A stretch of 32,000 nt of DNA, taken from Candidatus Saccharimonadota bacterium. GTDB lineage: Bacteria > Pseudomonadota > Alphaproteobacteria > Rickettsiales > Anaplasmataceae. This document shows, piece after piece, positions 8,495 to 18,176 of this stretch. Positions within the stretch are counted from its first letter, which is position 1. The number at the start of each line of letters is the position of its first letter. The position numbers and the translations under genes were made by a program. A model generated the notes under the pieces. That model was not told where the DNA came from. It did not search any database and saw only the letters and a list, made by a program, of their open reading frames with translations. The stretch lies in the NCBI RefSeq assembly GCF_025021925.1, contig NZ_CP092368.1, positions 390,001-422,000 on the forward strand. The letters run 5' to 3'.

Positions 8495-10576
8495 TTATAA
8501 AATATCATGTTTGACTTGATCATGATCTGCATGGATTATACTATACCACTCTTTTTCATTGAGGATATTGATCTTTAATGATAACCCTTGTCTATACTTC
8601 ATGCCTGGTGCGTCTCCTACAATTAAATAATCAGTTTTAGTAGAAAGATGTGAAGTCACCTGTGCTCCTAGGGTTTTAGCTCTCACTTTTGCCTCTGCTC
8701 GAGTCATAGTCAGCAATTTCCCAGTAAAAGCTATAATTTTATCATTTAAAAGAGAATTATTCGTAACATGATGCTTAATGGGAAGTATCTGGATATACTG
8801 AGTCACTTCATTTAATATTTTAATATTCATTGGCATAGAAAAGTAATATTTTAAAGAGTTCATAATCTCTTGTCCTATACCATCTATACCTAATAACTCT
8901 TTAAAGCTTTCTTCTTGTTTGATAATATTCTGTTTTGTGAGATTATTACTTATCATAGTATCTATTGGTAACAGATTCATCATTGCACAATACCAATGAT
9001 TATATGTCAGATAATAATGTGCTAATAATGATGATATAGTTTTACCAATAAATTTAATACCTAAAGAGAATATAAATCTGTCCAGAGTAATGATTCTTTT
9101 ACTATTGATAGCATTAAGTAAATTCGTGACTGATTTTTTGCCCCAATTTGGATATAAAGAGATATTGAAAATATTGAATCTTTCCTGTAAAGTAAAAATA
9201 TCAACAATATTGTTTATAAGATTGATTTTATAAAAAAACTGAATATGTTTCTTATTAAAGCCAAGAATATTAAATGCATCTTTTGATACAAAATGTGTTA
9301 GTTTTGCTATTATTTGAGCTTGACAAGTAAATTCTTGAGAACATCTTGTGATAGCACCTAAAATGTGTGTTTTTCCTCCACATATAGGACATATAACTGG
9401 AAAAAAAAATCTAGAAGAGCTTTTCTTACGAAATCTTAAATCTACACCTGTAATTTGCGGAATAACATCCCCTGCTCTCTTAATGGTTACAATATCTCCT
9501 TCTCGTATATCTTGACGTGCAATTTCAGAATAATTATGTAAATTTGCTTTTCTTACTAATACACCTCCAATATTAATTGGCATTAATTCCGCAACTGGAG
9601 TAAGAACACCTGTTCTGCCTACTTGTATTGCAATTTTCTTTAATTGCGTTTTTGCATATATTGGAGAGAATTTATATGCAATTGCTGATCTAGGAGCTCT
9701 TTTAGTATTGCCTAAACGAACTTGTAATGCTAGATCATTTACTTTGAATACTACTCCATCAATATCATAATTTATATTATATCTACAATCATATAAAAAA
9801 TGATAAAATAATAGCATATCATGTATAGTACTAGTTAATTTTCGATATTGATTGACAGTAAAACCAAGTGTCTCAAGTTTTTGCAGTATATCACTTTGAG
9901 ATTGTTCTGCACTTCCAATTAAAGAATATGCAAAATATTTTAATGGTCTCATTGCTGTCACATGAGCATCTAATTGCTTTAAAGACCCAGAAGCTGCGTT
10001 TCTAGGATTTGAAAATTTATTATTTTGTATATTTAATTTTCTAAAATCTTGATAAGTAATATATATTTCACCTCTGATCTCTAATCTCTCTGTTACATCT
10101 TTTAGTACTTTAGGAAATCCCTTAATAGTGAGAATATTATTAGTAATATCTTCACCTATTTCTCCATTGCCACGAGTAGCAGCCTTAATTAGGATACCAA
10201 ATTCATAAATTGCAGAAAATGATACTCCATCAATTTTTGGCTCACATAATATTTCAATCTTCTCTACCATTAAAAATTTTTTTATTTTAGATAAAAAGTT
10301 TTCTATACCTTGTTCATTATATGTTTTGTCAAGCGATAACATAGGAACGATGTGTTTTATTTTTGAAAATCTCTCATCAGGTGGAGCTCCACAACCATAT
10401 TCTATATTCTCATTGATTAAGAGTTGTTTTTTGAGAATCTCCAATTCTTGCTTAAGTAAATCATATGCAGCATCAGAAATTTCTGGTTGACTTCTTTGAT
10501 AATATAAAAGATCATGATAGTGAATTGTTGCTTGTAACTGAGAAAGCTGATGCATCGTATATAATATATAGCTCAA
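8495..10576 (-). CDS. ligA: NAD-dependent DNA ligase
   Basis: 693 aa. Adenylation motif CEPKIDG, a four-Cys zinc finger (CPICGG...CSQEFTC), an HhH region, and a C-terminal BRCT (IIAFTGKL...[10 protein letters not shown]). The true start may be the Met 7 codons downstream (10555). Confidence 0.96.
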   Translation of the reverse strand: MSYILYTMHQLSQLQATIHYHDLLYYQRSQPEISDAAYDLLKQELEILKKQLLINENIEYGCGAPPDERFSKIKHIVPMLSLDKTYNEQGIENFLSKIKKFLMVEKIEILCEPKIDGVSFSAIYEFGILIKAATRGNGEIGEDITNNILTIKGFPKVLKDVTERLEIRGEIYITYQDFRKLNIQNNKFSNPRNAASGSLKQLDAHVTAMRPLKYFAYSLIGSAEQSQSDILQKLETLGFTVNQYRKLTSTIHDMLLFYHFLYDCRYNINYDIDGVVFKVNDLALQVRLGNTKRAPRSAIAYKFSPIYAKTQLKKIAIQVGRTGVLTPVAELMPINIGGVLVRKANLHNYSEIARQDIREGDIVTIKRAGDVIPQITGVDLRFRKKSSSRFFFPVICPICGGKTHILGAITRCSQEFTCQAQIIAKLTHFVSKDAFNILGFNKKHIQFFYKINLINNIVDIFTLQERFNIFNISLYPNWGKKSVTNLLNAINSKRIITLDRFIFSLGIKFIGKTISSLLAHYYLTYNHWYCAMMNLLPIDTMISNNLTKQNIIKQEESFKELLGIDGIGQEIMNSLKYYFSMPMNIKILNEVTQYIQILPIKHHVTNNSLLNDKIIAFTGKLLTMTRAEAKVRAKTLGAQVTSHLSTKTDYLIVGDAPGMKYRQGLSLKINILNEKEWYSIIHADHDQVKHDIL

Positions 10577-10624
10577 TATGTCTAAAGACTAGGTACTGTT
10601 CTAGAACAAGAGAATTGAAAAATT

Positions 10625-11503
10625 TTAAACTCTCATCATCACTTCTAATACTTTCTGGCCAATCAATGCAGGAGTATCCGCAATATTGATATCAGCACTT
10701 TTCATCGCTTCTATTTTTGTTTCTGCACTTCCAATTCCAGAAGAAATAATAGCTCCAGCATGTCCCATACGTTTTCCTATAGGTGCTGTTTTACCTGCAA
10801 TAAATCCTACAATAGGTTTTTTTACTTTTGTTGTTTTGATAAAATCTGCTAACTCTTCTTCTTCATTGCCACCTATTTCACCAATGACTACTATACCATG
10901 TGTTTCTTCATCTCTTAAGAAGAGTTCCATACAATCAATAAATGTCATTCCATGAATTGGATCTCCACCAATCCCAATACATGTAGACTGACCAAGTCCA
11001 ACATGAGTTGTTTGCAATACTGCTTCATACGTTAAAGTACCAGAACGAGACATGATGCCAATATTACCAGGTCTGTGAATATACCATGGCATGATTCCTA
11101 TTTTACATTGTCCAGGTGTGATGATTCCTGGACAATTAGGTCCTATTAATCTTAATGATGTATTTGCGATAGCATGATGTACATCTATCATATCTAATAT
11201 AGGAATACCTTCAGTAATACATACTATTAATTCCATTTTTGCATCTATTGCTTCAAGTAATGCATCTTTAGCAAATTGAGCAGGGACATATATTACAGAG
11301 ACATTCGCATTAGTTTTTTCTTTTGCTTCTAATACAGTATTAAATACAGGTAAATTGAGATGAAAATGCCCACCTTTACCAGGTGTCACTCCTCCAACTA
11401 TTTTAGTTCCATATAATATTGCTTGTTGTGCATGAAATGTACCTTGTATACCAGTAAAACCCTGACAGATTACTCTTGTTTCTTTATTTATTAAGATAGA
11501 CAT
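10625..11503 (-). CDS. sucD: Succinyl-CoA synthetase alpha subunit
   Basis: 292 aa. [23 protein letters not shown] and the active-site region GHAGAII. The start overlaps the sucC stop by 13 nt. Confidence 0.97.
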   Translation of the reverse strand: MSILINKETRVICQGFTGIQGTFHAQQAILYGTKIVGGVTPGKGGHFHLNLPVFNTVLEAKEKTNANVSVIYVPAQFAKDALLEAIDAKMELIVCITEGIPILDMIDVHHAIANTSLRLIGPNCPGIITPGQCKIGIMPWYIHRPGNIGIMSRSGTLTYEAVLQTTHVGLGQSTCIGIGGDPIHGMTFIDCMELFLRDEETHGIVVIGEIGGNEEEELADFIKTTKVKKPIVGFIAGKTAPIGKRMGHAGAIISSGIGSAETKIEAMKSADINIADTPALIGQKVLEVMMRV

Positions 11504-12666
11504 GAATGATATACCTCACTTACTATCTTCTGTGCTGCGTGCGCCAACTCATCTATAATGAATATTTTTAATGATGATTCTAATAATATTTTTCTTCCTT
11601 TATCATAATGAGTGCCTGACAGCCTTACAACTATAGGAATATCTAGACATATTTCTTGTACAGCTATCACAAGTCCACTTGCGATTACATCGCAATGCAT
11701 AATACCACCAAATATATTGACTAGGATGCCTTTAACATTTCTATCAGATAATATTATTTTAAATGCTTGTATTACTTTATTTTGATCTGCACTTCCTCCG
11801 ACATCTAAAAAATTAGCAGGTGCACCCCCATAATATTGAATTATATCCATTGTTGCCATAGCAAGACCTGCCCCGTTTACCATGCATCCTATATTACCAT
11901 TCATTTTGATATAACTGAGTCCATATTGTATAGCTTCTCTTTCTTCCTGTAATTCTTCTTCACTATCACGTAGACTATTTAGTTCTGGATGACGATATAA
12001 TGCATTATCATCGAATGTCATTTTTGCATCTAATGCAATGAAGTCTCCTGAGTGCGTTTCAACAAGTGGATTGATTTCAATTTGACTAGCATCATTTGCA
12101 ATAAAAGCTTTATAGATATTTTTAGCAACACTTGTTAATTTTTCAATTTGAAATTTATTCAGGTCAAAATCTTGCATTAATTGATTATTATTAAAATTTT
12201 TAAATCCTATAGCTGGGTCAATAGAAAATTTCATAATTTTATTAGGGCAATGAATAGCTGTTTGCTCAATATCCATACCACCTTCTGATGAAAATACAAA
12301 TAGTAATCTACTTAATGTGACATCAACTAATAAACTAATATAAAACTCTCTAGTAATATTTATTGCTTCTTCAATATATACGAGCCTTACCTTTTTACCA
12401 TGTAAACCTGTTTGATTAGTAAATAAAGTCATACCTAGCATTGCTTGCACACACTTTTGAATTTCCTTTCTTGAATTCGCTAGTATAATTCCTCCTCCTT
12501 TGCCTCGACCTCCCGTATATACTTGTGCTTTTATTACAACTTGTTCAGTATTTAGCTGATTAATTATTTTATCTATGTTAGATAAAGAAGATGTAATAAA
12601 CCCCTTGGGTATAGGTATATTAAATTGACGAAGAATTTCTTTTGCTTGATATTCATGAATATTCAT
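11491..12666 (-). CDS. sucC: Succinyl-CoA synthetase beta subunit
   Basis: 391 aa. [44 protein letters not shown] and NIFGGI are hallmark SucC motifs. Confidence 0.97.
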   Translation of the reverse strand: MNIHEYQAKEILRQFNIPIPKGFITSSLSNIDKIINQLNTEQVVIKAQVYTGGRGKGGGIILANSRKEIQKCVQAMLGMTLFTNQTGLHGKKVRLVYIEEAINITREFYISLLVDVTLSRLLFVFSSEGGMDIEQTAIHCPNKIMKFSIDPAIGFKNFNNNQLMQDFDLNKFQIEKLTSVAKNIYKAFIANDASQIEINPLVETHSGDFIALDAKMTFDDNALYRHPELNSLRDSEEELQEEREAIQYGLSYIKMNGNIGCMVNGAGLAMATMDIIQYYGGAPANFLDVGGSADQNKVIQAFKIILSDRNVKGILVNIFGGIMHCDVIASGLVIAVQEICLDIPIVVRLSGTHYDKGRKILLESSLKIFIIDELAHAAQKIVSEVYHSCLS

Positions 12667-12695
12667 AATAACCTAGATAATAATCTATTAAATAT

Positions 12696-12896
12696 TTAAT
12701 ATCCATAACGTTGTCTTCTAGACTCCTGATGATGTCTTTTTTTTCTAGCTTCAGCTTTTTTTTTCGCTCTTTTTTCTGATTTTTTTTCATGGAATTTTTT
12801 TTTCATTTTTAATGCTCTTCCTTCTTTTTGGATTGTCTTTTTTAGTACTGGAAAAGCTCTATCTATATCACCATAATGAACTGATACTTCAATCAA
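12696..12896 (-). CDS. rpsU: 30S ribosomal protein S21
   Basis: (M)IEVSVHYGDIDRAFPVLKKTIQKEGR followed by a Lys/Arg-rich tail. I place the start at TTG 12896, because AGGAGG sits at 12912-12907, 10 nt upstream. The ORF-track start at 12920 is also TTG and would put the Shine-Dalgarno inside the coding sequence. Confidence 0.9.
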   Translation of the reverse strand: MIEVSVHYGDIDRAFPVLKKTIQKEGRALKMKKKFHEKKSEKRAKKKAEARKKRHHQESRRQRYGY

Positions 12897-12938
12897 AGCG
12901 AAAATGCCTCCTAACAGCAATTAATCTATAAAAATTAA

Positions 12939-12967
12939 ATTTTAAATCAGAATAGTGGTATTGTCAA
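12939..12967 (-). promoter_or_regulatory. Candidate near-consensus sigma-70 promoter for rpsU(-sucCD): TTGACA-N17-TAAAAT
   Basis: On the minus strand, TTGACA is at 12967-12962, the 17-nt spacer is ATACCACTATTCTGATT, and TAAAAT is at 12944-12939. This lies about 40 nt upstream of the rpsU TTG start and downstream of tRNA-Pro. Confidence 0.45.
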
Positions 12968-13011
12968 TTATTTTAATATATTTGATAGCAAATATATTAA
13001 AATATGGTAAA

Positions 13012-13085
13012 TCGGGGCGGAGAGATTTGAACTCCCGACCCTTTGGTCCCAAACCAAATGCGCTACCAAGCTGCGCTACGCCCCG
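13012..13085 (-). tRNA. tRNA-Pro (anticodon UGG)
   Basis: Hand-folded 74-nt cloverleaf: CGGGGCG TA GCGC AGCTTGGTA GCGC A TTTGG TTTGGGA CCAAA GGGTC GGGAG TTCAAAT CTCTC CGCCCCG A. No encoded CCA. Confidence 0.92.
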
Positions 13086-13223
13086 TCCTTAATTTATTCA
13101 AAATAACATAATTTAACTTGAATGCAAGAAACGTATATTAAATTTAGTGCAGTAATATCATATATAGAGATTTGTATAAAACATTATAATCAAGAAGCAT
13201 GTACGACACAATGAAATGACTCA

Positions 13224-13769
13224 TTATATAATTTTAGATAAACAAATTGCCACTTTACAGCTTGTTTTAATAAATGTAGATAATATCTTATTACTAGATA
13301 TAGAATCTTTAGAATTGTATATGTATGCAATATCTCTATGTGAGAGTTCTTCAGCACGAAATTTACTAATAGTATCTTTTAGATCTCCACTATTTAATTT
13401 TGAAATTTGCTCTGCATAATGTTTCTCTATTACTTCTTCAACTGCAATAGTACATGTCATAGTAGAGCTTCTCCCCATTAATCCAGTAATTATTCCAAGA
13501 GAGACTCCTAAAGTACGCCATATTGGTAATAAAAAAGAAGGACGTACTTCATATTCTTGAAGCATTTTATTAAAATACCAAAAATGTTTTTTCTCTTGTT
13601 CTTCCATTTCTTTTATTTCTTGTACTAAAACAGTATTTTTTAAAGCAATTTTCTGTCCATAATAAATACACATTGCACCATACTCTCCAGCATGATTCAC
13701 TCTGATAATCTGATGTAAGTATTGTATATTATTATACCTTAAGTTATTAAGTCTTATTTTTGTTTGCAT
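13224..13769 (-). CDS. coq7: Demethoxyubiquinone hydroxylase, Coq7 family (di-iron carboxylate)
   Basis: 181 aa. RVNHAGEYGA near the N-terminus and paired E..H motifs (EEQEKKH, AEELSHRD) are typical of the Coq7/Clk-1 family. Confidence 0.88.
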   Translation of the reverse strand: MQTKIRLNNLRYNNIQYLHQIIRVNHAGEYGAMCIYYGQKIALKNTVLVQEIKEMEEQEKKHFWYFNKMLQEYEVRPSFLLPIWRTLGVSLGIITGLMGRSSTMTCTIAVEEVIEKHYAEQISKLNSGDLKDTISKFRAEELSHRDIAYIYNSKDSISSNKILSTFIKTSCKVAICLSKII

Positions 13770-14205
13770 ATATTATACCAGATCCTAATAGAATGATTAA
13801 TAAATAGATAAAATTCCATGTGGCTAAGGAAATATTGAAAATATAATTTGCACTATTACAAGATATAGAATATGTATTTTGAAAAAAATTCTCTCTTATC
13901 TGTTCAATACTTAGATTGTCAGCTAATTGATCTGTACATCCTACAATATTATGAAACCAATATGATTCAATACCAATATGATAGAAAGATATTAATACAC
14001 CTATAAAATAGACACAATATATTATATAAATAAATACTTGATAATTTTTAATTATATAGAGAATCGAAAGAGAGAGTACAATATAGTAAATCATTCTTTG
14101 ATATATACAGAGTGTACAAGGTAATATATTAAAAATATATTCAATAATATATGCAGTTATTAAGGATATAATACTAGAGAATAAGAATAAGATATTAGTA
14201 TGCAT
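13747..14205 (-). CDS. dsbB: DsbB-family disulfide bond formation (thiol:quinone oxidoreductase) membrane protein
   Basis: 152 aa with about 4 hydrophobic segments. It has a first-loop PCTLCIYQR (CxxC followed by QR) and a second Cys pair (GCTDQ...SCNS). The stop overlaps the coq7 start by 23 nt. Confidence 0.75.
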   Translation of the reverse strand: MHTNILFLFSSIISLITAYIIEYIFNILPCTLCIYQRMIYYIVLSLSILYIIKNYQVFIYIIYCVYFIGVLISFYHIGIESYWFHNIVGCTDQLADNLSIEQIRENFFQNTYSISCNSANYIFNISLATWNFIYLLIILLGSGIIYANKNKT

Positions 14206-14269
14206 GTTATTATTATAACTTTAACAAAAAGATTATTATAAAGATATTATACTGTAAATTAAAAATCTT

Positions 14270-15604
14270 TTATTCTATATAGGGATTTTTACTTTTCTTA
14301 AAAAGAATCCTAATTGGTATACCACATATAAAAAAAAAATTTCTCATATCATTCACTAAATAGCGTTTATAACTCTCTTGGATCTTATCAGGAAAGTTGC
14401 ATATTATCGCAAAAGCTGGTGGAGAGGTACCAATTTGTACGATATATTTCATATTTACTTCTCTTCCATTGATCATAGGATGAGTATGTTTTTTTACAGA
14501 AGAGATAAGCCATTTATTGAGTTTTGAAGTGTTAATCTTATTATTTAAAGCATGATAGATCTTTATGCATTGATCGATTACATTAGTACATCTCATGCCT
14601 GTTAATGCAGAAATAGTAATAGTAGATACTGTTAAGTATAATCTATTAATTTCTTGATGCATAACAAGTTTTATTAATCTACTTCTATCATTTTTTTTAA
14701 TTAAATCCCACTTATTTAATACAAGCATGATACCCTTACCTAATTTTATTACAGTGTCAATAATTGCTAAATCCTGATGTTCAATACCAATCATAGAATC
14801 TATCATGAAAATGATGACGTGGGATCTTTTTATTGCATCTATACTCTTATTAACAAATCTTAATTCTAATGTATCAATAATATTGCTCTTCTTTCTTATA
14901 CCTGCAGTATCAATAAGAGTGATCAATAATCCTTTATAAGGAAAGAGTATATCGATAGAGTCGCGTGTTGTGCCTGGTTCTTCGCTCACTATAATTCTAT
15001 TTTCTAGCAGTAAGCGATTAATAAAAGTGGATTTACCAACATTAGGACGACCTATAATTGCAATTCTTAATTTATTAGATTTATGATCCTGATCATTATC
15101 TAGTTTATGAATTTGATTGACTATATATATGGCTTGACTCAAACTTTCATACAGATCAGCCATACCAAGATTATGCTCAGCAGAAATATATACTGGTCCG
15201 ATAAAATTAAAGTACTGCAAATAATTAATGTTATATGATTTGTTACTCTCACATTTATTTCCTATTAGGATGATAAATTTATTATTTGTTGTTTTGAGCC
15301 ATTTTGCAAATTCTATGTTCTGATCATTATATACTAGTGTATCAACAAGAAATAAGATTATATGTGCCTGTAATAAAGAATACTCTATCTGTTTAATCAC
15401 TTGTTGCGAAAATCTATTTTGATGATTCCACCCTCCTGTATCTATAATTAAAAACTCCAAATCACTAATTCTACCTATTCCTTCTCTTCTATCTCTAGTA
15501 ATTCCAGGTATACTACTCACTATAGATGATGCATGACCAACTAACCTGTTAAAGAGTGTTGATTTACCAGCATTAGGTAACCCTACTATAGTAATTTTGA
15601 GCAT
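14270..15604 (-). CDS. der: Ribosome-associated GTPase Der/EngA (tandem G domains)
   Basis: 444 aa. Two P-loops (GLPNAGKST, GRPNVGKST), DTGG/DTAG and NKCE/NKWD motifs, and a C-terminal KH-like domain. Confidence 0.95.
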   Translation of the reverse strand: MLKITIVGLPNAGKSTLFNRLVGHASSIVSSIPGITRDRREGIGRISDLEFLIIDTGGWNHQNRFSQQVIKQIEYSLLQAHIILFLVDTLVYNDQNIEFAKWLKTTNNKFIILIGNKCESNKSYNINYLQYFNFIGPVYISAEHNLGMADLYESLSQAIYIVNQIHKLDNDQDHKSNKLRIAIIGRPNVGKSTFINRLLLENRIIVSEEPGTTRDSIDILFPYKGLLITLIDTAGIRKKSNIIDTLELRFVNKSIDAIKRSHVIIFMIDSMIGIEHQDLAIIDTVIKLGKGIMLVLNKWDLIKKNDRSRLIKLVMHQEINRLYLTVSTITISALTGMRCTNVIDQCIKIYHALNNKINTSKLNKWLISSVKKHTHPMINGREVNMKYIVQIGTSPPAFAIICNFPDKIQESYKRYLVNDMRNFFFICGIPIRILFKKSKNPYIE

Positions 15605-15760
15605 AATTTTAAATATATATTAAGTCTGTGTATCAAAATCATAATACACACTTTTCACTTTAACTATTATCTTGAAATTTTTAACACAATTGCTTTATAT
15701 GGCAGATTCATAACTTATTTCTTCTAAGAAATTGATTAGAATCAGTCAACAAGAGAATTA

Positions 15761-15810
15761 TTCAATATATATATACTATTGCTTCATAGCAATAGTATAT
15801 ATATATTGAA
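15761..15810. repeat. Perfect 23-bp inverted repeat with 4-nt loop (hairpin/palindrome) in the der-pccB divergent spacer
   Basis: TTCAATATATATATACTATTGCT (15761-15783), tcat, AGCAATAGTATATATATATTGAA (15788-15810). I checked the arms base by base and they are exact reverse complements. The repeat ends 9 nt before ATG 15820. Confidence 0.9.
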
Positions 15811-15819
15811 TCTATTCAC

Positions 15820-17370
15820 ATGAATGAGCATATGCAATTTATGCAATACTATAAGATATTACAGGAATTACAAGAGAAAACACTACAAGCTGAAAGAGGA
15901 GGTGGTGCTAATAAGATAGAGACACAGCATAAAAAAGGAAAATTAACTGCTAGAGAAAGGCTTCATGTATTATTAGATTTAGGCTCTTTTGAGGAATATG
16001 ATCAATTTGTCACACATGTCTCAAATAGTATAGATAAACATAATACTCATTTTTTAAGTGATGGCGTGATCATTGGCCATGGTACTATTTATGGTAAGAG
16101 AGTTTTTGTATATTCCCAGGATTTTACTGTCTATGGTGGCTCATTGGGTATATTACATGCAAAAAAAATATGTAAGATTATAGATATGGCAATGACATGT
16201 AAAGCACCTATTATTGGATTAAATGATTCTGGTGGAGCAAGAATCCAAGAAGGAGTTAACGCTCTTGCTGGTTATGGGGAAATTTTTCAAAAAAACGTAC
16301 ATGCATCAGGTGTAATACCACAAATTTCTTTAATTATGGGACCTTGTGCTGGTGGTGCAGTATATTCTCCCGCGTTAACTGATTTTACTTTTATGGTCAA
16401 AAATAGTTCATATATGTTTATCACAGGACCAGATATAGTAAAAAAAGTCACATATGAAGATATTAATCATGAAGAACTTGGTGGAGCAACAGTACATACT
16501 AGTATAACAGGAGTATCGGATTTCGCATTCAATAATGACATTGAGATGTTACTCAAAATACGCGAATTTCTTACTTTTTTACCGTCACATAGTACAGACA
16601 TATCTAGAAAGAGACCAATATCTTATAATATATCTGATAATGATATTTCCTTAGATACTTTGATCCCCGTGAATCTTAATACTTATTATGATATGCATGA
16701 ACTTATTGAGAAAGTATGTGACGCACGTATTTTTTTCGAGTTAAAACCCAATTTTGCACGCAATATCATAATTGGCTTTGGAAGAATAGGGGGACAGTCT
16801 GTTGGATTTGTGGCTAATCAACCTATGTATCTTGCAGGTTGTTTAGATATTGATGCTTCAAGAAAAGCTGCAAGATTTATCAGATTCTGTGATGCATTTA
16901 ATATTCCTATTATCACATTTATTGATGTTCCTGGATTTTTACCTGGAAAACATCAAGAATATAATAATATCATACAACATGGAGCAAAATTGCTTTATGC
17001 TTACGCTGAAGCGACTGTCCCAAAAATTGGTCTGATCACTAGAAAAGCATATGGTGGTGCGTATATTGTAATGAATTCCAAACATTTACAAGGTGATCTT
17101 AATTATGCTTGGCCAACTGCTGAAATAGCTGTGATGGGTTCTGAAAGTGCAGTAGAGATTATTGCTAGAAATTCAAAAAATAAACATGAATTAATCAGAG
17201 AATATAAAGCAAAATTTGAGAATCCATTTTTTGCTGCGTCAAATGGATATATTGATAGTATCATTATACCTAGCAAAACAAGATTTTATCTTAAAATGGC
17301 ATTAGAAGTGTTACAAAATAAAAAGACAGATATACAATGGAAAAAAAAACATGATAATTTACCATTATAA
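15820..17370 (+). CDS. pccB: Propionyl-CoA carboxylase beta chain (carboxyltransferase subunit)
   Basis: 516 aa. [52 protein letters not shown] and AYGGAYIVM are the conserved acyl-CoA carboxyltransferase motifs. Alternative starts are at 15832 and 15841. Confidence 0.94.
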   Translation: MNEHMQFMQYYKILQELQEKTLQAERGGGANKIETQHKKGKLTARERLHVLLDLGSFEEYDQFVTHVSNSIDKHNTHFLSDGVIIGHGTIYGKRVFVYSQDFTVYGGSLGILHAKKICKIIDMAMTCKAPIIGLNDSGGARIQEGVNALAGYGEIFQKNVHASGVIPQISLIMGPCAGGAVYSPALTDFTFMVKNSSYMFITGPDIVKKVTYEDINHEELGGATVHTSITGVSDFAFNNDIEMLLKIREFLTFLPSHSTDISRKRPISYNISDNDISLDTLIPVNLNTYYDMHELIEKVCDARIFFELKPNFARNIIIGFGRIGGQSVGFVANQPMYLAGCLDIDASRKAARFIRFCDAFNIPIITFIDVPGFLPGKHQEYNNIIQHGAKLLYAYAEATVPKIGLITRKAYGGAYIVMNSKHLQGDLNYAWPTAEIAVMGSESAVEIIARNSKNKHELIREYKAKFENPFFAASNGYIDSIIIPSKTRFYLKMALEVLQNKKTDIQWKKKHDNLPL

Positions 17371-17413
17371 TTTCATTTATAATGATCATTGTAAAGTATT
17401 TTATATCAGGAAG

Positions 17414-17486
17414 TGCCGTTACCAAGACTCGAACTTGGGACCTCGTCATTACCAATGACGTACTCTACCATCTAAGCTATAACGGC
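17414..17486 (-). tRNA. tRNA-Thr (anticodon GGU)
   Basis: Hand-folded 73-nt cloverleaf: GCCGTTA TA GCTT AGATGGTA GAGT A CGTCA TTGGTAA TGACG AGGTC CCAAG TTCGAGT CTTGG TAACGGC A. Confidence 0.9.
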
Positions 17487-17509
17487 ATACTTAATGTATC
17501 TTGAAAACA

Positions 17510-17638
17510 ATGCATAATATTAATAATAATAAAAAAAAAGAGTTACAGAAAAAAAAATTAGCGCAAGCTCTTAAAAAGAATATTTTAAAGAGAAAAAAAC
17601 AACTCTTGACTAGGCAAAAAATCAGAGATATCACATAA
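17510..17638 (+). CDS. Candidate small ORF, 42 aa, Lys-rich basic peptide (hypothetical)
   Basis: ATG 17510 to TAA 17636-17638 translates to MHNINNNKKKELQKKKLAQALKKNILKRKKQLLTRQKIRDIT (checked codon by codon). It is below the ORF-track size cut-off, has no Shine-Dalgarno, and contains two A9 runs. An open frame of this length is not improbable by chance in A-rich DNA. Confidence 0.3.
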   Translation: MHNINNNKKKELQKKKLAQALKKNILKRKKQLLTRQKIRDIT

Positions 17639-17974
17639 TTTTATATAAGCACTCTAATTTTTAATATGTAACTTCTTTAAAAAAGACATTTATTTAATAA
17701 AATTAATATAGAGTAATATAGATCTGAGTATTAAATGATCATAAAAACCCAGAGAGTGAGTAGCTTCACTACAAGTATTACTAATAAAATATATACTATA
17801 TGATATTTAATATACACGTCATGTACAATACATCTATTAGATATTGATAATATAAATTTACTCATTGATATTTATAGATAGTCAGTATATTATCATTCTT
17901 CAGTCTTTTAGAAAATTATAATATAACACACTGCACTCTATAGTAATATTACTAGACTGATATTTTCTGAATAT

Positions 17975-18063
17975 GGAGAAGTGGCTGAGAGGTCGAAAGC
18001 GCATGCCTGGAAAGCATGTATACATGAACAAATGTATCGAGGGTTCGAATCCCTCCTTGTCCG
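17975..18063 (+). tRNA. tRNA-Ser (anticodon GGA), long variable arm
   Basis: Hand-folded 89-nt class II tRNA: GGAGAAG TG GCT GAGAGGTCGAA AGC G CATGC CTGGAAA GCATG TATACATGAACAAATGTATC GAGGG TTCGAAT CCCTC CTTGTCC G. There is one G:G mismatch at acceptor pair 4:69. Confidence 0.85.
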
Positions 18064-18176
18064 AGATTCTGCATATATGATCAGATATCTCTCTTTAATC
18101 TTCAAGTTTTTGTTATGTAATTGTGATAGATCTACTAGATTGAATATTTGTGATTTATAATATTGATAATTATATA

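Noticed and set aside
12897-12920. 5' extension of the rpsU ORF (MLLGGIFAL...)
   Set aside because: The extension contains the AGGAGG ribosome-binding site for the downstream TTG start and adds non-S21-like residues.
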